The notes under the pieces: model-generated | Databases searched by the model: none | The model's input: the letters and a program-made list of their open reading frames with translations, nothing else | Told to the model about the DNA's origin: nothing | NCBI GenBank assembly: GCA_013239625.1 | Contig: MU053431.1 | Span: 2,134,485 to 2,198,484, forward strand | Direction: 5' to 3' | Length of the DNA stretch: 64,000 bases | Source of the DNA: Lama guanicoe | Taxonomy: Eukaryota | Shown here: positions 58,700-64,000 of the stretch, one piece after another | Layout: each line of letters opens with the position of its first letter | Position numbering within the stretch: the first letter of the stretch is position 1 | Position numbers and translations under genes: made by a program

Positions 58700-59847
58700 G
58701 CCCTGGGCACAGGGTGGGGAGCACAGGGCCTGCTGGGTGGGTATGGGGCACAGCCTGGGGAGGCTGGGGACAAGCTAAGGGGTCTGCTCTGGGTCCAGGG
58801 CTGGGGGTACGTAGAGGGAGGGGGCGAGACTCGGGGCTGCAGCCAAGCCCTACACCCATCTCTGCAGGGTCTCCCAGGCACGGCGGGGGCCAGGGGCAGC
58901 GGTGGGGAGCGAGGCCCCCCTGGGGCCGTGGGGCCCACGGTAAGTCCCCTCTCTACCCAGCCAGCCAGCCAGCTGGAAGTGGGGGACAAACGTGTGCGGA
59001 CTTGTCCCCACTGACCCCTTGGGGACCTCCCATGGCCAGCAGCTTTGAAACCAGGACGGGCAGAAAGCTCAGGGCAGAGAGAGCCCAGGGCTGCCCCCTG
59101 CCAGGCCCAGGACAGGCAAGGTCCGGCAGGAGTGGAGCTTGGGCCTGGGGGGCTTGGGGGCAGGCCTGGGCCTGCAGGCTGCGGGGAGGGGGCCTGCAGC
59201 AGGTGGAGGAAGGCGGGGCCCGGGGAGCAGGGAAGCCGGAACAGGCCTGGCTGCCTCCTTCTGGAAGCAGGAGAGGTGGGTCCTCTGCCCACTGAGGAGT
59301 CCCTGGATTAGTTCTGGCACGAGGCCTTCACCCGGCCCAGACAGAGCTGGGCATGAGGTCTGGTGGGGGGCGGCAGTGGGGTCCAGGCATTTCTCCTTTT
59401 CTCCCACTCAGGGGCTGCCGGGGCCCAAGGGCGAGCGAGGAGAGAAGGTGAGTGTGGGGTGTCTGGGGCCCAGGCCCAGGGAGGCACTGACCCCCATGGT
59501 GGCTGAGACCTCGCCATGCGGTCCGTCTTCCCTTGCAGGGCGAGCCACAGTCCCTGGCCACCATCTACCAGCTCGTGGGCCAGGCCTGCGAGTCTGCCAT
59601 CCAGAGTGAGTGCCCCAGCCTCCTCATGGGGACCCCAGAGCCTCCCATGCCCCCCACCCCTGCCAGCTCCGTCCTCCCTGGCACCTGGTCATGCGCATAC
59701 CCAGCCTCACGAAGCCATTCTGGGCCATGTGCCAGAGAGGGAGGGAGGGTCTCCCCGCCTCCTGCTGACCGCCTTCCCCCACCAGCACAGGTGCTGAAGC
59801 TCCACTCCCACATCCACAAGGGCGCCAGGCCCCCCGTGCTCGCATAG
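33291..59847 (+). CDS. COL20A1: Collagen alpha-1(XX) chain (FACIT): signal peptide, FN3, vWA, 5xFN3, TSPN, COL2 helix, NC2; ~1259 aa, C-terminus shortened
   Basis: 34 phase-compatible GT-AG exons total 3780 nt; MIDAS DGSWS..T..TDG, FN3 repeats, TSPN, 36/54/72/96-nt Gly-X-Y exons. Confidence 0.95.
34914..35244. repeat. 61-bp minisatellite, ~5.3 copies, COL20A1 intron 2
   Basis: cagagtgc recurs at 34942, 35003, 35065, 35126, 35187. Confidence 0.95.
35723..35833 (+). CDS. COL20A1: COL20A1 exon 3 (FN3-1)
   Basis: [23 protein letters not shown]...VKPMA. Confidence 0.94.
36370..39060 (-). mobile_element. Cluster of old L1M fragments
   Basis: T-rich block with L1 motifs (gaagctctgttattaggtgcataca, ttcttgaaggat...ctgggtatagaatttt); internal boundaries not resolved. 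Confidence 0.7.
39240..39560 (-). mobile_element. MLT1A-like LTR
   Basis: gagggctccaccctcatgacctcat...ttgggggttaggatgtcagc...aaatgttcagtcca. Confidence 0.7.
40115..40258 (+). CDS. COL20A1: COL20A1 exon 4 (FN3-1)
   Basis: [26 protein letters not shown]...ARREFV. Confidence 0.95.
40482..40625 (+). CDS. COL20A1: COL20A1 exon 5 (linker)
   Basis: [12 protein letters not shown]...SQDLPTF, donor gtgagt. Confidence 0.88.
41936..42094 (+). CDS. COL20A1: COL20A1 exon 6 (vWA)
   Basis: [25 protein letters not shown]. Confidence 0.95.
42437..42556 (+). CDS. COL20A1: COL20A1 exon 7 (vWA)
   Basis: LTQYSG...[10 protein letters not shown]. Confidence 0.95.
43107..43271 (+). CDS. COL20A1: COL20A1 exon 8 (vWA)
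   Basis: [11 protein letters not shown]...[11 protein letters not shown]...VFAV; AAG acceptor. Confidence 0.95.
43967..44131 (+). CDS. COL20A1: COL20A1 exon 9 (vWA)
   Basis: [14 protein letters not shown]...RLICQKIQG. Confidence 0.95.
44402..44571 (+). CDS. COL20A1: COL20A1 exon 10 (FN3-2; start ambiguous 44402/44411/44414/44417)
   Basis: [20 protein letters not shown]...GGTPRE. Confidence 0.88.
44833..44962 (+). CDS. COL20A1: COL20A1 exon 11 (FN3-2)
   Basis: VVVEGP...[11 protein letters not shown]...GLVTT. Confidence 0.95.
45276..45560 (-). mobile_element. L1MB-like 3' end
   Basis: cagctttactgaga...tttaaagtgtccaagtcagtggtttt...agaaaccctgcaccc...aaatgggatcatacagtgtgtggcctt. Confidence 0.75.
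45823..45968 (+). CDS. COL20A1: COL20A1 exon 12 (FN3-3)
   Basis: [24 protein letters not shown]...EEEARE. Confidence 0.95.
46065..46188 (+). CDS. COL20A1: COL20A1 exon 13 (FN3-3)
   Basis: [23 protein letters not shown]. Confidence 0.95.
46355..46494 (+). CDS. COL20A1: COL20A1 exon 14 (FN3-4)
   Basis: [23 protein letters not shown]. Confidence 0.95.
46944..47073 (+). CDS. COL20A1: COL20A1 exon 15 (FN3-4)
   Basis: [29 protein letters not shown]. Confidence 0.95.
47337..47479 (+). CDS. COL20A1: COL20A1 exon 16 (FN3-5)
   Basis: [16 protein letters not shown]...GDGKAHE. Confidence 0.95.
47619..47751 (+). CDS. COL20A1: COL20A1 exon 17 (FN3-5)
   Basis: [29 protein letters not shown]. Confidence 0.95.
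48111..48253 (+). CDS. COL20A1: COL20A1 exon 18 (FN3-6)
   Basis: [25 protein letters not shown]...GPEKS. Confidence 0.92.
48447..48576 (+). CDS. COL20A1: COL20A1 exon 19 (FN3-6)
   Basis: [29 protein letters not shown]. Confidence 0.95.
49720..49755 (+). CDS. COL20A1: COL20A1 exon 20 (36 nt; alternative start 49717)
   Basis: [11 protein letters not shown], cagcag acceptor, donor gtaggt. Confidence 0.88.
49925..50030 (-). mobile_element. MIR fragment
   Basis: ttcacagtggagg...tcacttgtccaaggtcacagc. Confidence 0.5.
50760..50898 (+). CDS. COL20A1: COL20A1 exon 21 (TSPN)
   Basis: [19 protein letters not shown]...DAQLTRRA. Confidence 0.95.
50919..51060. other. Assembly gap (142 N)
   Basis: N run flanked by G-rich repeats. 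Confidence 1.
52836..52978 (+). CDS. COL20A1: COL20A1 exon 22 (TSPN)
   Basis: [24 protein letters not shown]...GVLLD. Confidence 0.95.
53188..53297 (+). CDS. COL20A1: COL20A1 exon 23 (TSPN)
   Basis: [11 protein letters not shown]...IFFGSFHK. Confidence 0.95.
53764..53922 (+). CDS. COL20A1: COL20A1 exon 24 (TSPN)
   Basis: [19 protein letters not shown]...RSSSAS. Confidence 0.95.
54021..54098 (+). CDS. COL20A1: COL20A1 exon 25
   Basis: [26 protein letters not shown]. Confidence 0.95.
54605..54691 (+). CDS. COL20A1: COL20A1 exon 26 (NC3/COL2 junction)
   Basis: [29 protein letters not shown]. Confidence 0.95.
55277..55330 (+). CDS. COL20A1: COL20A1 exon 27 (54-nt Gly-X-Y)
   Basis: [18 protein letters not shown]. 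Confidence 0.95.
55480..57010 (-). mobile_element. Degenerate L1M ORF2 fragments
   Basis: T-rich block with antisense L1 ORF2-like motifs (tttacatcacctgcaaa...cttcactgtctcctttccaatt); interrupted by a SINE. Confidence 0.55.
56771..56898 (-). mobile_element. tRNA-derived SINE (camelid vic-1 type) with ~9-bp target-site duplication
   Basis: Minus strand ggggagggtatagcccagtggtggagcg...ggttcgatcccagtgcctcca (A and B boxes), then (taaa)n tail; flanks tcaagcagt 56759-56767 and tcgagcagt 56900-56908. Confidence 0.85.
57143..57238 (+). CDS. COL20A1: COL20A1 exon 28 (96 nt, helix interruption)
   Basis: [32 protein letters not shown]. Confidence 0.9.
57315..57368 (+). CDS. COL20A1: COL20A1 exon 29
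   Basis: [18 protein letters not shown]. Confidence 0.95.
57492..57545 (+). CDS. COL20A1: COL20A1 exon 30
   Basis: [18 protein letters not shown]. Confidence 0.95.
57846..57899 (+). CDS. COL20A1: COL20A1 exon 31
   Basis: [18 protein letters not shown]. Confidence 0.95.
58570..58660. other. Assembly gap (91 N) followed by a poly-G run
   Basis: N run, then ~30 G. Confidence 1.
58868..58939 (+). CDS. COL20A1: COL20A1 exon 32
   Basis: [24 protein letters not shown]. Confidence 0.95.
59412..59447 (+). CDS. COL20A1: COL20A1 exon 33
   Basis: [12 protein letters not shown]. Confidence 0.95.
59539..59605 (+). CDS. COL20A1: COL20A1 exon 34 (COL2/NC2)
   Basis: [22 protein letters not shown], donor gtgagt. 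Confidence 0.9.
59786..59847 (+). CDS. COL20A1: COL20A1 exon 35 coding part, ending at an early TAG
   Basis: [19 protein letters not shown], phase 1 acceptor ccag. Confidence 0.75.
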
Positions 59848-60735
59848 TGAGGCCCAGCTCCCTGAGGACAGAGGTGCTGGCCCCCTGGGGAGGGGTCTGC
59901 GGGGACTGCTGCCCTTCCCCCAGTCCAGGGGCTGGCTGCTCGGTGTGGCCCAAGGCAGCCCCTGCACCAGGCCTCCTGCCCTCCCAGGCTCCAGGTGGGG
60001 AGACAGGCCCATGAGCCCACACGGAGCCGGAGCTGCCTGGCTTCCTGGGGTCCTCAAAGTGGCCCCTTCTCCTGGGAAGCCTGGGCTAGGGACACTACCC
60101 CGCCCAGTCCGCCCCTGCCTTCCCTGCTCCGCCCCCCTCCTTGGCTGGGATGACCAGTGACCTTGTCCTGAGTCCATCCGTCTGAGTAGGGCTGCGGTGC
60201 TGCTCACAGCTCGGAAGCTGAGGTGGATGGAGAGGCCGATTAGGGGAGACGGGCCTCGTGGCCTCGATGGGGGAGAAAGGAGATGGGTTGGAGTGGGACT
60301 GTGGCAGGCTGGCCAGGAGGACAGCTCCGCATGGAGGGCCGGGATGGGGTGAGGATGGGGGTGGGGGGCAGCAGGGGAGATTCGAGGGCCCCCTCTTGCC
60401 CTGCCGGGGGCTGTGCCTCTGTGGGGAGAGGGTCCCCATCCATCAGCGCCCGCCAGCGTCCTGCAGATACTGCCTTTGCCAGAACCGCCCCCTCGCTGTG
60501 CCCAGGTGCTATCGTGGCACCCACATAGCCCCCTCTCCTGCCCCCCACCTCCAAGACAATGACTGATGCCTATTTGAGGCCAGAGACCCCTGTCCCCTAG
60601 CTTTCAGCCCCGACCCGAAGGCTGGCCCTAGGAGGTTCAGGACCCATCTTCCCCTGGGATCAGAACAGGGCCCCTGAGAGAGGAAACCTTGGTCACCTGC
60701 ACCGTGGGTCCTAGCACATCCCTCCTTCCCCTTGG

Positions 60736-60799
60736 CTGAGCCTGGAGCCGTCGGTCAGATGGGCTGGGAGTGAGCCTCAGGGACCCCCGGCAGGAATGG
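60736..60799 (+). pseudogene. COL20A1: Decayed former terminal coding exon of COL20A1
   Basis: EPGAVGQMGWE* after a pyrimidine tract ending ttgg rather than ttag. Confidence 0.65.
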
Positions 60800-60917
60800 G
60801 TGAGCCCCGCCTGCAGGAGGAGTGAGGGGGGTTGCTCAGTAAGGACAGACGGTGCCGGTTCGGACAAAGCAGCGGGGGTTGGGGCAGCAGCGGGGCGTGT
60901 GAGGCTCATGGCCTCAG

Positions 60918-61050
60918 GGGAGCCCGGCAGGACTCCAGTTGGGTCCAAGAGGCTGAGCTGGCCCAGTGGGAACCCAGGGAGGCCCTGATCGGGGGTCAGC
61001 ACAGTAGGGAGGGTGCAGCAGGTGTGCACCACAGCAGACACCTGGCCCAG
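60918..61050 (+). pseudogene. COL20A1: Fossil Gly-X-Y exon (lost COL1 domain of collagen XX)
   Basis: Gly or one-substitution-from-Gly codons at every third position, with one stop and one frameshift. Confidence 0.6.
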
Positions 61051-62899
61051 GCTGGTGTGCGGACCTGGGCGGGGGGCATGAGGGGGCGGTTCCCTGAGGG
61101 GACATTTCATGTGGACACGCCTGGGTCTGGTCCACCATGCTGGGCAGGTGCGTCCTGACAATGTCAGCTGTCCACTGCCTCCCCCAGACCTGTCCACCCT
61201 TTTCTCCTGACAGGATGGACCCTGTGCTGTCCGAAGTGAGCCCGCACTTCCCCCTGGATCAGGGACACCAAGAGCGGCTGGAGAAACCTGGAGGGGAGGG
61301 AGAGGAGACCTTCGCTCTGTGCAGTTTCCTGTTCAGATAAACCAGAATGCTTGTCACGGGCAGCGGCTGCGCATTCCTGGGCCCCACATCCATTCGTCCC
61401 TGTCCCAGGCTCCCCGCCGTCGTCGCTCAGGAGCCGCTCTGTCCTGCACGGCCTCCCTGTTACCTTAGGGCTCACCCCCTTCCTGTGAGGCCCCGGGTCG
61501 TGCTGCCTGGTCCCTCCGGAGCTCCGACCCTGCTCAGGGGTCCTTGGCCTCTTTGCGTCACCTGGGTAGGAGTGGGCTTTGAGGACGTGCCCGACCCACC
61601 CTCAGAGGCTGACGTGACCATCGTGGGCGGCCCCTCCCCTAGCGTCGTGGCATCCGGCTCTCCCCCCAGTGCTCAGGCTCACGGGGACCCCCGACCACCT
61701 GGCCCCGCCCTCCACCCGCCCACCAGCCCGGTGCCACAGTTGGTGCAGTGACCACTGCCCTTGGCCAGCCGGTCCCCCTGGGAGTCTCGCCAGCTCTGGG
61801 CCCTGGGGCGGCACCTGCTGTGGCCAATTCAACGTCGAGTCGTTTTCTAAACACTAGAATTTGGTGCGGGGGCGCCTTCAAACACAGTGGCCAATGAAGG
61901 CCCTGAGGTGACTGTGGTGCAGAGAAGGAACAGAGTGGGGGACCATGGGACGTTCTGGGCAGGGCCGGGCTGGGAGGACGGAGGAAGCCGAGCGCAGGCT
62001 GGGGACGGGGGCAGCCCGCTGGAGCTTGGGGTGGGCCTGTGATGGGGGGGTCTGGGTTTTGTCCTCAGAGCGACTGGAAGCCCCTGCCCGGGTTCCGAGC
62101 AGGGGCTGCTGTGTCCTGGCATCTGTTGAAACAGCCTGTAGAACAGACCACAGGATGCCGGGGAGTGGGACCTCGTCTAGCGTCCACTGAGAGGGAGGGA
62201 GCTGGACTGGGGAGACGACGGCTTGGAAGGGGCGGGCGGGGCCAAGCCCTGGCAAGGTGAGGGGACAGCAGGTCCAGGTGCCCTCGATCAGCCAGGCAGT
62301 GCAGGGGAGGGGCCAGGTGTGCTGGCGAGTGTGGGGTTCACACGGCAGACATGTGGGGGCCACCCTCTCAGAGGTGAGTGGATGCTGCGGTGCTGGTGCC
62401 CCTAGGAGGGAAACAGGCTGGGGTCATCCCAGGACTGAGCCCCGTGCGTCTCCAAGGCCAAGCGGGGCCGCTGAGGGTGGCAGCAGGAGGGCATGGACCC
62501 TGCTGAGACCCCCTGTCCGGATGCTCCAGCGAGGGGCCGATGAGACGGCGCAGGAGCTGGGGAGTGTCTGGTACAGGCGGCAGGTGACACCTGTCCCAAG
62601 AGCCGCCGTTGTGGGAAGGGAGACAGGCAGGAGCGGGCACTGGCTCCCAACGCCCTGCCCAGCAGCCCGGCCTGGGGGCTCAGGGTGGTGGAGAGAGACC
62701 CCCCGGGCCCTGGCCCTTTACAGTCTGACCTGCGCCCTCAGCTGCCTGCACAGCTGTCTACAGGAAGCCCTTACAGGACAGTAAACGTCCCTCCCGAATC
62801 TCTCCTCACATGCACACACACGCGTGCATCTCCCTGTGCGTGCACACACGGCGCCACACATCCACACGCACAGCACATCCTGGTGTTGGGAGATGAGTC

Positions 62900-63600
62900 A
62901 ACAGGGGAAAATGAGACAGACGCCCGGCACAACAGGACGCCGGAGAGAGAGGAGGGTGCAGGCTCCTTTGGTCCGTTAACTTAAAAATCACAATATCCTC
63001 ACGGAGGAAGGATGGAGGGTGAGAACACGAAGCCGAAATGGACAGGTGGGAGGAGACACGGCAGGAAAACGGGAGCGGGTCAAGGAGGCAGGCTCAGTGC
63101 TCACGGGCTCAGCCTCGGCCGGGCTGTCGGATAAGGTGGGAGAAGCCCCCGGAGGCTCGGGGAAGGCTAAACATAGAAACGGAAGCCTTGCCTCCGAACA
63201 AGGGGCTCAGAGCAGACAGAAACAGTCGACGAAGGGGTCAGCACGTTGAAATGAGAGCTTTTCCAAGATCAGAGACTTAGAGAAATATTTAAGATCCCCG
63301 ACTGAAGGGCTCAGAGAGCCAGGTGGGACCGGCTTTTAGAACGAACCCTTAGAGTCACTGACGCGAAACGAGCGAAGTCAATGGGGAGATTCTTTAAAAC
63401 CTTGTCCACAGAAGAGCAAGACCCTCGACGTCGGAGGACGGGAGGACATGACCCCAGTGTTGGGGGAAAGAGCTCAAATTTTACACCCGGCAGAACTGCT
63501 TCTGAAACGGACGCGGTGGGAATGGGATCTGAGGCCCCGGAAGTCTGAGAAGGCCAGTCACGCAGCACCCAGGATCCTCTTAGAAAGGAGGGGGGGTTTT
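62900..63600 (+). mobile_element. Possible very old L1/HAL1 ORF1-region remnant
   Basis: Purine/A-rich strand bias with weak L1 ORF1-like motifs. Confidence 0.35.
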
Positions 63601-64000
63601 CTGCAGAAAGGGGGAATGATGTGCAGTTCTCTGAAGGGCCGGGGCGGGGGCGGAGGCAGTGACGGGGGGCCCAGGCCAGAGCCTCTCCTGGGGTTCCTGA
63701 GGAGAGGCAGTGCTGAGCTGGGGGCAGCCCGGGACTGGCTAGTGGGGGTCATTCCAGGAGGCCTTGGGGTGCAGGGGCTGCTCCTCGCTGCCTGGCACCT
63801 GGCCCTGGGTGATCAGGACAGGAAATGCGGGCTTGGCATGAGAGTAAGGGAGTCTGGAAGGCCTCCCGGAGGTCGAGGCACCACAAGGAGCAGAAATGAA
63901 ACATGGTCAACGCAGAGAAACGAGAAGGCCCACGGAGACCTGCGTGCAGCGGCTCGGGTCAGAGTGACCGGACAGAGGCCAGCACAGGCGACAGACAGAC

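Noticed and set aside
58661-58700. Poly-Gly/poly-Pro coding stretch
   Set aside because: Intronic and adjacent to a gap; probably a sequencing artefact
59972-60095. Possible extra collagen pseudo-exon (GETGP*, LPGFLG, PGKPG fragments)
   Set aside because: Gly periodicity is not sustained in one register and there are no convincing splice sites
61681-61857. PAGPPGS...GGTCC as a COL1/NC1 remnant
   Set aside because: Only two triplets, and the Cys spacing does not fit GxCxxxxC; likely chance
62000-64000. CHRNA4 exons (next gene expected by synteny)
   Set aside because: No nicotinic receptor coding sequence recognised on either strand within the window

Overview
GC-rich mammalian genomic DNA with the gene order of human 20q13.33. 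It holds the 5' part of NKAIN4 (- strand, coding exons 1-3, gene runs off the left edge), a complete ARFGAP1 (+, 12 constitutive coding exons, ~412 aa, plus a 30-nt microexon) and COL20A1 (+, 34 coding exons, ~1259 aa as spliced here). All exons were rebuilt by hand from GT-AG sites and reading phase; most entries in the six-frame ORF track are chance ORFs. A tRNA-derived SINE of the camelid vic-1 type suggests a camel/alpaca genome (inference). Also present: old L1, L2, MIR and MLT1 remnants, two minisatellites, two CpG islands and three N-gaps. No RNA genes, CRISPR or prokaryotic systems are evident. The most interesting signal is the stepwise decay of the collagen XX C-terminus: an early stop just after NC2, a former terminal exon lacking its acceptor AG, and a fossil Gly-X-Y exon of the lost COL1 domain further downstream. 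Comparisons with orthologues are from memory and need alignment.
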